64,000 nucleotides of DNA from Candidatus Latescibacterota bacterium (GCA_965197905.1 CBDAOB010000005.1:512001-576000); one strand, 5' to 3'. Counted from the stretch's first letter, positions 27,687 to 38,051 are shown. Notes: generated from the sequence alone by a model not told the origin. Numbers and translations are program-made.

Positions 27687-29624
27687 ATGAAGTTGCAAAA
27701 AATCTTGGTGCTAACATTGGCTGTAACCTTTGTGGCCGTCGGCTCCGGGTTCGCGCAGGAGCTTACCGGTCTCCCGGCACAGCCCAGTTTCGAAGGCGTG
27801 TATTACAAGCCCACCAGCGTTGATATCAATCCGCTGATCATCACCACTCAGGACATCAGCTGGGATGGTAGCGGCAGTGTGGATTTCAATTTTAATTTGA
27901 ACCAGCGCGCTCGCGTCTGGGTTGCCGTCTATCGCAAGGGCAGCACCGAGACCGGCGAACGTGGTCCATTCGGTGCCTGGCTGCGCTTGCAGCCCCAGGA
28001 TCTCTACATCTGGAGCAGTCCCACCAACACCGGCCACGATATGGAGTCCGGCAACAACACGATCACCTGGGACGGCAATGATTTCGAAGGCAACGCCGCC
28101 GGTGCCGGAAGCTACGAGTTCGACATCATCGGTTGGAACGTTCTCGATCCATCCTCCCTCGCCGGGGTTATGGGCCGAGGTTTTGGCGATAACATCCTCG
28201 ATGTGCGCTACGACCCACCCGAAGTCTGGAGCCAGGAGTACGATCGCGATGCGCCGCAGTACGGCGGGCACAAAATAGGTGACATCATGCATAGCACCCT
28301 GGGTGACGATTTCATATCCAATCCGAACGCCTGGGAGCGCTGGGACTACAACAGCGTCGTAGATTTCGAGGGTGCCCAAACCTTGAGCGGCATGCGCGCC
28401 GATCCCGAGGATTTAGACAACTTCTACACCAGCAATCGTTCTGGCGAGCAGGCCGGTATCTACAACATGACCATCAACCGCGCCGCCAAGGCGTGGGATA
28501 GGAACACGGACTGGGCCGATAACGGTTTTGCCGCCGTCGCCGATCCTCAGATCCGAATGTATCAGATGGAAATCTATAACGACATGATCATAAATCCGAA
28601 CTGGAGCACTGCCGACGTACCCGCCAGCTCCATTGAGGTTTTCGACAAAGCCTCCGGTGAAGTCACCCAGCAGTTCGACATCGCCGAGTGGTTCACGAAC
28701 GTTGGTGTCGACGATGAAGGCAACGAGACGTTGGGCGCCGGCGGACCCGGCAACCTCTCCGCCGACGAGTCCGGTATCTGGACCTCGGGTTGGGCCTCGA
28801 CCAATCTGGTCAAGCTCGACTGGGACGGCAACATCATCTTCGTCAACCGCGCTGGCGATCTGGTCGGCGACCGCGTGACTTACGAGACGGCGGCGGAGAC
28901 CGGTCTGACCCCAGAATCTTCCTACCCGATTCGTTTCAACAGCGACATCAACGGCAACTCTGCGATATTCAGCCCGCGGCACAACTCGCTGGGTAATGTC
29001 TACTCTGCTGTGGGTCGCGACGGCACGGGGCTTTATCATATTTTCGTAGATGCGGCAACGGTCGTACCCAAGAATACGGGCAGCGGAACGTATATATGCA
29101 TGATCCAGAACGACGGCTACAGGACAGGCGGAACTCCGTTGCGGGGAGCGGGCTACGGCAGCCGCGGCAAGTGGGACGGACTCTACACAGAATCCGAGGT
29201 TGAGCTCCTCACATTAGAACCAGGGCAAGCCACGGAAACGAAGTTTGGTCCGAAGGCAATGTTCTTCTTGCCCTACGACGCGGTTGAGGGTAAGCTGGGC
29301 ACTGGCGTGACCGCCGTCGAAGAGGTGGAGAGCGCCGGAACGCCGGACAGCTATTCGCTGAGCGATGCCTACCCGAACCCGTTCAATCCCGAGACCACCA
29401 TCGAGTTCGGCCTGCCGACCGATGGTTACGTCAAGGTTGACGTTTACAACACAGCCGGTCAGTTGGTCAACAGCCTGGTGGACAAGGACCTCTCCGCCGG
29501 CGCTTATAAGACCACCTGGGATGCTATGACTGAGGAGGGCCAGCAGGTCTCCAGCGGTGTCTATTTCTACAGAATGGAAGCCGGTGATTTCACCGACACC
29601 CGTTCCATGACGCTGCTGAAGTAA
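27687..29624 (+). CDS. Secreted acidic protein: FlgD-like Ig + probable beta-propeller + C-terminal FlgD/T9SS-CTD-like domain
   Basis: ATG 27687 follows GGAGG (27672-27676). Signal peptide MKLQKILVLTLAVTFVAVGSGFA. GNNTITWDGNDFEG; YPNPFNPETTIEF...SSGVYFYRM...TRSMTLLK. Confidence 0.85.
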   Translation: MKLQKILVLTLAVTFVAVGSGFAQELTGLPAQPSFEGVYYKPTSVDINPLIITTQDISWDGSGSVDFNFNLNQRARVWVAVYRKGSTETGERGPFGAWLRLQPQDLYIWSSPTNTGHDMESGNNTITWDGNDFEGNAAGAGSYEFDIIGWNVLDPSSLAGVMGRGFGDNILDVRYDPPEVWSQEYDRDAPQYGGHKIGDIMHSTLGDDFISNPNAWERWDYNSVVDFEGAQTLSGMRADPEDLDNFYTSNRSGEQAGIYNMTINRAAKAWDRNTDWADNGFAAVADPQIRMYQMEIYNDMIINPNWSTADVPASSIEVFDKASGEVTQQFDIAEWFTNVGVDDEGNETLGAGGPGNLSADESGIWTSGWASTNLVKLDWDGNIIFVNRAGDLVGDRVTYETAAETGLTPESSYPIRFNSDINGNSAIFSPRHNSLGNVYSAVGRDGTGLYHIFVDAATVVPKNTGSGTYICMIQNDGYRTGGTPLRGAGYGSRGKWDGLYTESEVELLTLEPGQATETKFGPKAMFFLPYDAVEGKLGTGVTAVEEVESAGTPDSYSLSDAYPNPFNPETTIEFGLPTDGYVKVDVYNTAGQLVNSLVDKDLSAGAYKTTWDAMTEEGQQVSSGVYFYRMEAGDFTDTRSMTLLK

Positions 29625-29649
29625 GCCTTACCTTTTTCACAGTTTCGCG

Positions 29650-29691
29650 CTACAGGGGTGGATTCGCAGAATCCACCCCTGTAGTTTTTTT
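29650..29691 (+). terminator. Rho-independent terminator
   Basis: Perfect 16-bp stem CTACAGGGGTGGATTC / GCA / GAATCCACCCCTGTAG followed by T7, 25 nt after the stop codon. Confidence 0.92.
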
Positions 29692-29951
29692 ATGCCTATT
29701 CTGATGTGAACTTCGGGCAAGTCGAATCCAGCCAGACTTGCTCAAACCTTTCATCTCGCGTCGATGAACGACCCATCTCCATGGAATTTCCTAACCTCCG
29801 GCCTGGGGATCGGCTACGTCGATACGCCAGGCGAAAACTCCTCCGTTTGAAACGATCGCCGGCGCGCACGGGTGTGGCCGCTGCCCTGTCGACTGCCCGT
29901 GATGCCACTGAACCATCCTTGCACGGCCCTCGTGGCGGTACGACCAGGTAG

Positions 29952-31925
29952 ATGAATCCACAGAATTTCGAATTCGACCAAGAGCCAGCGCCCTCGCGCA
30001 TCACCGTTCGGGCTCTCCTTCTGGGCCTGGCGACGATCCTGGCGACCTTCTACTACGTTATCCAGATAGCCCAGCGGCAGGGTTCCGGGACGTATGTGCA
30101 AGCCCAGTACCCCATGGCAGCCTTCATGCCGTTCGTGGCCTGGCTGTTTCTAAATATCCTGCTGAAAATGGCCTGCCCGCGTTTCGCCCTCAAGCGGGGT
30201 GAGATGCTGACCCTCTTTGCCATGACCTGGGTAGTGGCCACCATACCGGCATGGATCGGTCCATGGGTTTCAATATTATCCTCCCCGGCCCAGTTTGCCA
30301 CCGCCGAAAACCAGTGGGCAGTTACCATCTTCGGCCATCTGCCGTGGCATCTGTTCCCGGCAGCGACATCCCATGTCATCGATCACCTCTGGTACGGACT
30401 GCCTCCGGGGATGTCCGTTCCTTGGGGCGAATGGATCTGGATCATTGCGGCCTGGCTCGGAGCCGCGGTTGCGGTGGTGATCTTCGGGTTCTGCCTCTTC
30501 ATCCTGTTCCAGAAGCAGTGGCAGGAGGCGGAGAAGCTCACCTATCCCCTGGCCCAGATGCCGCTGGACCTCACCGCGGGATTCGACGGGCCCCGCAGCC
30601 TCCCGCAGACCTTCCGGACGAAAACCTTTTGGATCGGGTTCGGGGTTGTTTTTGCGCCCCAACTATACAACATAGCCACCTATTTCTCGCCCGGTCTGCC
30701 CGCAATCGGGCTGTTCTGGACCTATTACATGTTTCAATTCGAAGACGGGTTGTTCACCGGTTACATTCGCGTAATGCCGTTGATGTTGATGGTGATCTAT
30801 CTGTGCCCGGTAGACATTCTCGGCAGTATGGTTCTGTTCCACTGGATCGCCTTCTTCAAAGGTGCTGCAATGACGCGCTTCGGCACGCCGGATCTCGGGT
30901 TTTCCGGGGTGAGCGCCGCCGGCCGTTTCAGCGAGGGACAGCTAATATTGAAGACCGAGAGCCACGGTGCTCTGGTTTTCCTTTTCGTATGGTCGCTCTG
31001 GATAGCACGCCAGCATCTGCGATCTGTGTGGGTGCAGGTTCGCACCGGAAAAGGGGACCTCAGCGAGGTTGCCCTGTACCGGGTTGCCACTATCGGCATG
31101 CTGGTATCTGCTGCCGGCGTGATTCTCTTCGCCGCATACATGGGGGTGAGCGTCCCGCTGGCCATGGGTGTATTCGGACTGATGGTGATCGCCTACTTCA
31201 TGACCGTAAAGCTATTGGCGGCCAGCGGCATCGCTTACATATATCCGGATCGCCCGTACATGAAAGGAGAGTCTTTCTTCACCGAATTAATCGGATCCAT
31301 CTACATCTCACCACAGAGGCTGGTGCCCTTCAAGATCTTCACCAGCTACCTCTTCTTCGGGCATTTCACCATCCCCGCGTGGCCCGCAATGGGACACCTG
31401 TCCCGGATCTTCTCCTTCCGAAAGCAGTTGGGATGGGTAGTGGCAGTGGTATTTTGCGCCTTTCCACTCGGATTCATCGTCGCAGCATGGGCGATACTCG
31501 ATCTCTCCTATGACGAGGGAGGGACCCTGTTTCTCGGCGAACGCCACACTTGGTTCTTCGACGGAATCACCTACCTCGTGCAAAACCCGGTCGTTCCCAA
31601 TCTGGGGAAATGGCTGCTGTGGGTCGGCGGTTTTGCCGAGGCCGGGCTCATAACCCTGCTGCGGGCACGACTCCACTGGTTCTCGATTCACCCCATCGGG
31701 CTGATTTTCCAAAGCACCCACGCGGCCTGGTGGTACTGGATCAATTTCCTGTTGATCTGGATCATCAAAATGACCTTGCTGCGCTACGGTGGGGTCAGGG
31801 CCTACCTGGCGGGAAAGCCGTTTTTTTACGGACTTGGCATCGGCTATGTGGTCGGCGTGATCCTCTCCACCTTCGTGGATACGATCTGGTTTCCCTCGGC
31901 GGGTCACCGGGTGCACTGGTGGTAA
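29952..31925 (+). CDS. DUF6785/DUF6784-like polytopic inner-membrane protein (subfamily B)
   Basis: 657 aa, hydrophobic; TVRALLLG, LKRGEML, KQWQEAEKLTYPLAQMP, WFSIHPIG, LRYGGVRAYLAGKPFFYGL, HRVHWW. Confidence 0.8.
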   Translation: MNPQNFEFDQEPAPSRITVRALLLGLATILATFYYVIQIAQRQGSGTYVQAQYPMAAFMPFVAWLFLNILLKMACPRFALKRGEMLTLFAMTWVVATIPAWIGPWVSILSSPAQFATAENQWAVTIFGHLPWHLFPAATSHVIDHLWYGLPPGMSVPWGEWIWIIAAWLGAAVAVVIFGFCLFILFQKQWQEAEKLTYPLAQMPLDLTAGFDGPRSLPQTFRTKTFWIGFGVVFAPQLYNIATYFSPGLPAIGLFWTYYMFQFEDGLFTGYIRVMPLMLMVIYLCPVDILGSMVLFHWIAFFKGAAMTRFGTPDLGFSGVSAAGRFSEGQLILKTESHGALVFLFVWSLWIARQHLRSVWVQVRTGKGDLSEVALYRVATIGMLVSAAGVILFAAYMGVSVPLAMGVFGLMVIAYFMTVKLLAASGIAYIYPDRPYMKGESFFTELIGSIYISPQRLVPFKIFTSYLFFGHFTIPAWPAMGHLSRIFSFRKQLGWVVAVVFCAFPLGFIVAAWAILDLSYDEGGTLFLGERHTWFFDGITYLVQNPVVPNLGKWLLWVGGFAEAGLITLLRARLHWFSIHPIGLIFQSTHAAWWYWINFLLIWIIKMTLLRYGGVRAYLAGKPFFYGLGIGYVVGVILSTFVDTIWFPSAGHRVHWW

Positions 31926-32050
31926 CGGCGAAGGTGTGGTTCTTTTAGGTTTTCCGAGATTCGTTTCGTATATTTCCCCGAATATGGCCGCAACCTGAAT
32001 CACCCGAATCAGTAATTGCGACAGCCACGGGAAGGGTCAGCTATTTGCAG

Positions 32051-35002
32051 ATGCTTGGATTGCGCTCGCTACTACCGGTAATGGTAGTTTGTTTATGCCT
32101 CACGGCGGCACACCCCCAGCGGCTATTGCTGAATCAGGTCGATGAGTCGCGGTCGTATCTGCGCATTCCCGGTCCGGCGTACCGCGGCTTCGCCGTGGAG
32201 ACCTTCGCAAACTCGCACGGACACGCATTTCCGTACGACGAGGCGCCCAAGGCATACTACAGCAACACGGGCGACTACCTCACCACGGGTTATGACGTCT
32301 ATCAATGGCTCGAAACCCGCAGGCCCGGACAGGCATTTGGCAGCGCCCTCTTCAAGGCCAACGGCGAGAACAATCCGAGCGGTGCGTGGAACAAGGTGTT
32401 CGATAACCTCCTCGTCGCCAAGGATGGGTATGGCGACTGGGGGTACGTCGCCATGGCCGGCGACGGGTTGATTGCCCGCTTCACTCCTCTGACCTTGTCG
32501 AAAACCAACTTCAATGGGGTGAGGCTCGATATCTCCAGCCCTCGCTTGAAGATCAGCACCCTCGCATCCCGCCAGGAACGACCCGGCACGAACTTCAACT
32601 ATCAGCCAACCTGGAAGGGGGTGGATGGTTTCCAATTCGCCGACGATTCCACCATGCTGATGGGCAGTCGAGTTGTCGCCGACCTGGGGTTGCTGCAATT
32701 GGGTGGGAATTTGGTCAATCAGCATGTCTACAACAGCCTTGAGCCGGGAGGCAGCAATCTCAAAGGGACCTTGCGAACGGATCAGCCGCTGATGGACCAT
32801 CTCATCATCCGCTTCTCCGACGATTCGCCAAATGACGGCATTGGGGGACCGATTATTCACGACGTGCAGCTGATTATTGACGACGAGCCTCGTCCGGATA
32901 TGGTGCCGCGGGTGGTGCGCCAGCAGGCCGGGGCTACCGAGCAGATAGGTTCCACCTCGGCGGCTACGGGTAAATTTCGACCTGCCCCCTACACCCGTCC
33001 GGCGGCCGGCGGAGCGGTAGACCAGGGACGTTTCCAGGGTACCCTTTTCTACCGGGATCGCGAGATCCCGCTCTACTCAGATTTCCTAACCCGGCTGGAT
33101 CACGAGGAGGGTATTGATGTTTCCAAAGTAGCCCACATCCCCGGACTGGTCCGAATCCAGGTTCACTCCGCAGGCGAAATCCTCCAGGCCGATGGTACCG
33201 ACCAACTGATTTACATCTTCGACCTGTCCCAGGAGGCGTCGATGCAGGAGGTGGAGGTGGATGCCCTTGTGGGCGGCGATTACAAGGTAGAAGTGGCGAT
33301 GCTGACGCTGGTTAACCCGAGGGGCAAGACCTACAACGCCCAGTTCACCAGCACCTACTACAAAACGGCTGCCCGGGCGCGAGGAACCCCCAGCGATCTT
33401 TCGAATCTCAAACGGTTGCGTTTTCACGTGGGTGAAGATACCGGCCAGTTCATCTACAGTGCCGACATGTCGCTGACCCTTCCCGGTATCGAGGTCGTCG
33501 GGGAGTACGCCCGTTCCACGCTCTACGGAAAATTTCCCGCGCACGCGGACCGGACTCGCGCCTTCAAACAAGCGCCCCGCATCTCGGATCGCGGCGATGC
33601 ATGGTATCTCAACGCCACCCACTGGTTTGATCGCGGCTCCATAGGGGGCGAGCTCTTTTCCATCAATCCCGACTATACAACCGAGTTGCGCACCTATCTG
33701 CCGTGGGAGGTCGGGATCAACTACACCAATCTCCACGGCCTGACGAACAGCACCTTCTACTGGCAAACGGTCGACGACAACGATGATGGTGACCGCTACC
33801 CCGATGCCCGCGCCGGTAACCTGATCGGCTTGCCCAACGACAGTCGCGGATATGATCTGGATGGTGTGCTCCTGGGCCTGGACAGTAACAACGACGGCAC
33901 CTCCGAATTGAACCGCAACCTCAACGCCATTCCCGATGTCGACGAGCCGTTCTTGATGTACGATGTCGAGCCGAGAACCTATGCCTACGGGTTTGATCGG
34001 GATAACAACGACGTTCCGGATTACCGCGAGGACGACGGTGTCGTCGACTATCCGTACGACTTCGATCAACAGGGATATCACCTGTTTGCCCAATGGGCAC
34101 TCACGCAGCATTGGTCACTGAGCGTCGGTCGCTATGATGTGGGTCAGATCGCGGGACCGGGACACAACAACTCCACCTACGGGGTGCTGAACTACCGCAA
34201 GGACACTGTCCATAGGCTACGCAAGATCTTCTTCGAGAACCACTTTCGCCGGGTGCAGGACGATATCTTCGACGAGTTCAAGGAAGTGGACGATATCCCG
34301 GTGCGGGGTAGCCCATTCAGTCAGCGCGGTCTGGTCGTAGGCGCGTTCAGACCTGGTACCCCCCCCCAATTTATTTCGCGCTTTCAGCCCGACTTGGTGC
34401 TGTATCAGGATAGCTACGTGAACGAGAGTTACATCGAGAGCCATGTGAAGCCGTTCGCGGGATGGGATATCGTCCAGAAGTTGCGGCTGCGAATGAACTG
34501 GCAGCAGGGTGGGAGACTGGGCCCTGGACAATTCCAGCGCGAACGCCGGCTCGACTACTGGACCTGGGTTAGCCGGGTGCAATACAGCTGGATGCTGGGT
34601 AGCCTGCGAATCACCCCCCAGTACAAATTTATGCTGCTGCGCCTGACGGATCAGGAACGGGACGCCGACCTTCAGCTGGAGACTCGCAGCATACCGATTC
34701 TGAGGATACAATATCCCCTGCTGCCCCGCACTCACCTGCAATTGGGCATTCAGGGTCTGGGTCCCCTGCCGTACCGGCGACATGATCGCATTTCCCGTCT
34801 CGAGAGTTTTGAGCAGCGCACCACTTTTCTAACGGTTACCAACAAGACCCACTATTTTGGCTACGAACTCATCTCCGTGTTTGGCGTCAACAGAGACCAG
34901 AAGACCTACGACGACAAAGGCCAGATCTTCCGCAACTTCGATACCTGGACTGTGTTCGCCAGGGCACTCCTGGGATTCACCGAGTTTGGCCGTTTGATCT
35001 AA
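32051..35002 (+). CDS. ~985-aa secreted putative outer-membrane beta-barrel paralogue
   Basis: Signal peptide (start 32045 or 32051). Family motifs KDGYGDWGY, RFTPLTLSK..FNG, FSDDSP.DG.GG, DDNDDGD; ends ALLGFTEFGRLI. Confidence 0.8.
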   Translation: MLGLRSLLPVMVVCLCLTAAHPQRLLLNQVDESRSYLRIPGPAYRGFAVETFANSHGHAFPYDEAPKAYYSNTGDYLTTGYDVYQWLETRRPGQAFGSALFKANGENNPSGAWNKVFDNLLVAKDGYGDWGYVAMAGDGLIARFTPLTLSKTNFNGVRLDISSPRLKISTLASRQERPGTNFNYQPTWKGVDGFQFADDSTMLMGSRVVADLGLLQLGGNLVNQHVYNSLEPGGSNLKGTLRTDQPLMDHLIIRFSDDSPNDGIGGPIIHDVQLIIDDEPRPDMVPRVVRQQAGATEQIGSTSAATGKFRPAPYTRPAAGGAVDQGRFQGTLFYRDREIPLYSDFLTRLDHEEGIDVSKVAHIPGLVRIQVHSAGEILQADGTDQLIYIFDLSQEASMQEVEVDALVGGDYKVEVAMLTLVNPRGKTYNAQFTSTYYKTAARARGTPSDLSNLKRLRFHVGEDTGQFIYSADMSLTLPGIEVVGEYARSTLYGKFPAHADRTRAFKQAPRISDRGDAWYLNATHWFDRGSIGGELFSINPDYTTELRTYLPWEVGINYTNLHGLTNSTFYWQTVDDNDDGDRYPDARAGNLIGLPNDSRGYDLDGVLLGLDSNNDGTSELNRNLNAIPDVDEPFLMYDVEPRTYAYGFDRDNNDVPDYREDDGVVDYPYDFDQQGYHLFAQWALTQHWSLSVGRYDVGQIAGPGHNNSTYGVLNYRKDTVHRLRKIFFENHFRRVQDDIFDEFKEVDDIPVRGSPFSQRGLVVGAFRPGTPPQFISRFQPDLVLYQDSYVNESYIESHVKPFAGWDIVQKLRLRMNWQQGGRLGPGQFQRERRLDYWTWVSRVQYSWMLGSLRITPQYKFMLLRLTDQERDADLQLETRSIPILRIQYPLLPRTHLQLGIQGLGPLPYRRHDRISRLESFEQRTTFLTVTNKTHYFGYELISVFGVNRDQKTYDDKGQIFRNFDTWTVFARALLGFTEFGRLI

Positions 35003-35045
35003 CCTATCGTGCGGCCGCAGTGACCCCGCACCATGGCACACCGGC

Positions 35046-38000
35046 ATGAATCTTCGACCGAGAATTGTTCTTCCGGTGGCAAGGGGCAGACATTGCTGGG
35101 ACCGCTGCACTACTCTAGCGCCGTTCTTGCTCCTGATCGTTGGCGCGCTAACAACTGAAACAGGGGTCGCCCAGACCCTGCCGCTCTCGGAGATCGCGGA
35201 ATCGCCCCTGATGATGCGTCACCAGGGTGCGCCGTACCGCAACTTCGCCTATAACAACTGGTCCAGCTACCCGAACCACACCTTTCCTTACGAAGATGCT
35301 CCTAGGGCGATCTACGGTGGCATGGGCCACTATCTGATTACCGGCTACACCGCTTACGAGTGGCTCGAAACCCGGCGTCCAGGACAAAAATGGGGCAGCT
35401 CTATCTTCAAGGATGCGCGGCTTGCGGGCTTATCCAAGAGCGAATGGGTCACCATCTTCGACAGCATGCTCGTGGGCAGGGACGGATATGGGAACTGGGG
35501 TTACAGCCTGATTGCCGGGGATGCGCTGTTGGCGCGTTTGACTCCCTTGACGTTGTCGAAAGCCAACTTCAACGGGTTTCGGATGGACGTGGCCACGGCG
35601 CACCTGCAGTTCACCGGCATGGCTTCTCGCTTCGAGCGGCCCCATTCCTATCAGCATGTTGTCGTGCCCTGGCTCGTCAACGACGACTATCACATGGCGG
35701 ACGATTCCACCCTCCTGTTGGCGGGGCGTACCCAGGGGCAGCTCGGGCGATTACAATTGGGATTGAATTGGGTCAACCAACATCTTTACCAGAGCACGAA
35801 AACGGGGAATACCCTCAAGGGCATACTTCGCCCTGGGCAGGCATTGATCGATCAGGTTTTGGTGCGCATCTCCGACGACTCCCCGTTGGACGGCAGCGGC
35901 GGCGCGTTGGTGCAGGACATTCAAATCCGCGTCAACGGCGAATTGCGGCCCGATCTCAAGCGGCCACCGATCCGCCATACCAGTGGTGCCCAGATCCAGG
36001 TGGGGCGAATCTCGCAGGCAACAGGCGCATTTTCACCTTTTGCCTACAACTCGCTGAGCTACGACACCGTCCTGGAGGGGCTCACCTTCTACCGCGAGCG
36101 GGAGATTCCCCTCTACGCCGATTACCTCTACCGGCTGGATCACGAAACGGGTATCGACGTGTCCGGCGACACGAATCTATCAGGTCTAGTATCCAGTTTC
36201 GCCGTGCAGCCGGAGGGCATAGCGAAGGCGGACGGCAACGAGCAGCTCGTCTACCTGTTCGACCTGACCGGAGAGAGTTCGCCGCAATCGGTCGAGCTCG
36301 AGGCCATGCTGGCAAACGACTACAAGGTAGAGGTCGCCCTTTTGAGCAACCGGAATCCTCGGGCCAAGGGGTACCACGCCCAGTATATCAGCTCCTTCTA
36401 TCGCACGGTGGCCCGCGCAAAAGGTAATGTGAGGGATCACACCAACATAAAGCAGCTGCGAATCCCGATCGGCGAGAACACCGGACAGTTCGTCTACAGC
36501 GCGGACTTGCAGTTGGAGACCCTCGGCCTCGAGATCAAAGGAGAGTTTGCCCGCTCGGCGCTGCACTCGCGTTTTCCCGCCCACCTGGATCGGGAACCCA
36601 CCTTCGCTGAAGGCGCCCATTCGGCTGATCGCGGCAATGCCTATTTCATCAACGCCACGCGCTGGTTCGGCCGGGCTCGGTTCGGGGCCGAGTATTTCTC
36701 GATCAATCCCGAATTCCAGACCGAGATTCGGACCTTCTTGGATCCCAGCTACACCGTCAGTTTGACCAATCTCTACGGCCTTGCCAATCGCACCTTGTAC
36801 TGGCAGCTCGTGGACGACAACGAAGATGGGGACGCGTACCCGGACCGGCGCATCGGCAATCTTCCCGGACTCATCCACGATGCCAAGGCGTACGACATCG
36901 ACGGGGTGTTTCCCGGCCAGGATGAGGATCGAGACGGGACGCCGCGAACCAACCGCAACCTGAACACGGTGCCGGATTACGAGGAACCGTTCCTGATGTT
37001 CGACATCGAACCGAACGAGTACATCTACGGCCTCGATCGCAACAACAACGATGAGCCGGACTTCAGGGAGGATGACGGCGCGGTGGATTACCCGTACGAC
37101 TACGACCAGCGCGGCTACCATCTTTTCGGCCAGCTCGATCTCACCAGACGATGGAAGCTGGCCGTAGGACTTCATCGGGTAGACGAGGTGGACGGGGGCG
37201 GCCGCAACCACTCTTCCTATGCCATTCTCAGTTTTCGACGGGAAGGGGTGGCAAGGATCCGGCGCCTCTTCTTCGAGAATCACCTGCGGCGGGTCCAGGA
37301 CGATATATCCGACGAATACGTCGTGGTGGATGAGATTCCGATACGTCAGGGGGCATTCGGTCAGCGCGGCCTCACCTTTCACTATGTGAGGCAGGACGGA
37401 TCGCTGCCGCCGCCGCGGTTCGTGCAGCGGTTTCGCCGGGATCCGGTCTGGTACGCAGACAGCTACGTGAACGAGTCATACGGCGAGGCCCGGGTGCGTC
37501 CCATTCCGAATCTCGAACTCACCCAGGCGCTGCGCATGCGCTTCAACTGGCAACAGGGAGGGAGTATCCACAACGGGCAGTTTCAACGCCAGCGCCGACT
37601 GGACTTCTTGTCATGGGTGGGTAGCGTCGACTACAAATACTACTGGGGCCGTTTGACTATTCAACCCCAATACAAATTCATGCTGCTACGACTCGTCGAT
37701 CAGGAACGGAACGTGAGCTTCAGTTCCGAAACCCGTTCCATCCCGATATTGCGCTTCTCCGTGCCGCTGATGAATCGCACCACGCTTCAGGCAGGCGTCC
37801 AGGGATTCGGACCCTTCCCCTACCGCCACGACGATCGCATCGCCAAACGGAACAGTTTCGAGCAGCGAACCTCTTTCGTGACGCTGACCAACCGCAGCGC
37901 CTATTTCGGCTACGACCTGGTGACTATTGTCGGCGTTGGTGAAGACGAAAAGAGATTCAAATCCGGAATCCGGAATGTTCGGGATTTCCACGACTTGACC

Positions 38001-38051
38001 TTCTTCCTGAGGGCGGTCTTAGGTTTTACCGAATACGGCCGCCTCATCTAA
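35046..38051 (+). CDS. ~1000-aa secreted putative outer-membrane beta-barrel paralogue
   Basis: Same family motifs as the preceding gene; ends AVLGFTEYGRLI. Exact start uncertain. Confidence 0.8.
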   Translation: MNLRPRIVLPVARGRHCWDRCTTLAPFLLLIVGALTTETGVAQTLPLSEIAESPLMMRHQGAPYRNFAYNNWSSYPNHTFPYEDAPRAIYGGMGHYLITGYTAYEWLETRRPGQKWGSSIFKDARLAGLSKSEWVTIFDSMLVGRDGYGNWGYSLIAGDALLARLTPLTLSKANFNGFRMDVATAHLQFTGMASRFERPHSYQHVVVPWLVNDDYHMADDSTLLLAGRTQGQLGRLQLGLNWVNQHLYQSTKTGNTLKGILRPGQALIDQVLVRISDDSPLDGSGGALVQDIQIRVNGELRPDLKRPPIRHTSGAQIQVGRISQATGAFSPFAYNSLSYDTVLEGLTFYREREIPLYADYLYRLDHETGIDVSGDTNLSGLVSSFAVQPEGIAKADGNEQLVYLFDLTGESSPQSVELEAMLANDYKVEVALLSNRNPRAKGYHAQYISSFYRTVARAKGNVRDHTNIKQLRIPIGENTGQFVYSADLQLETLGLEIKGEFARSALHSRFPAHLDREPTFAEGAHSADRGNAYFINATRWFGRARFGAEYFSINPEFQTEIRTFLDPSYTVSLTNLYGLANRTLYWQLVDDNEDGDAYPDRRIGNLPGLIHDAKAYDIDGVFPGQDEDRDGTPRTNRNLNTVPDYEEPFLMFDIEPNEYIYGLDRNNNDEPDFREDDGAVDYPYDYDQRGYHLFGQLDLTRRWKLAVGLHRVDEVDGGGRNHSSYAILSFRREGVARIRRLFFENHLRRVQDDISDEYVVVDEIPIRQGAFGQRGLTFHYVRQDGSLPPPRFVQRFRRDPVWYADSYVNESYGEARVRPIPNLELTQALRMRFNWQQGGSIHNGQFQRQRRLDFLSWVGSVDYKYYWGRLTIQPQYKFMLLRLVDQERNVSFSSETRSIPILRFSVPLMNRTTLQAGVQGFGPFPYRHDDRIAKRNSFEQRTSFVTLTNRSAYFGYDLVTIVGVGEDEKRFKSGIRNVRDFHDLTFFLRAVLGFTEYGRLI

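Noticed and set aside
29706..29951. 81-aa ORF between the terminator and the DUF6785-like gene
   Set aside because: No RBS or motif; more likely promoter or leader DNA.
30251..31513. 420-aa same-strand alternate-frame ORF within the DUF6785-like gene (also 35360..36427, 48123..48986)
   Set aside because: Arg/Pro/Gly-rich off-frame translation with no family features.
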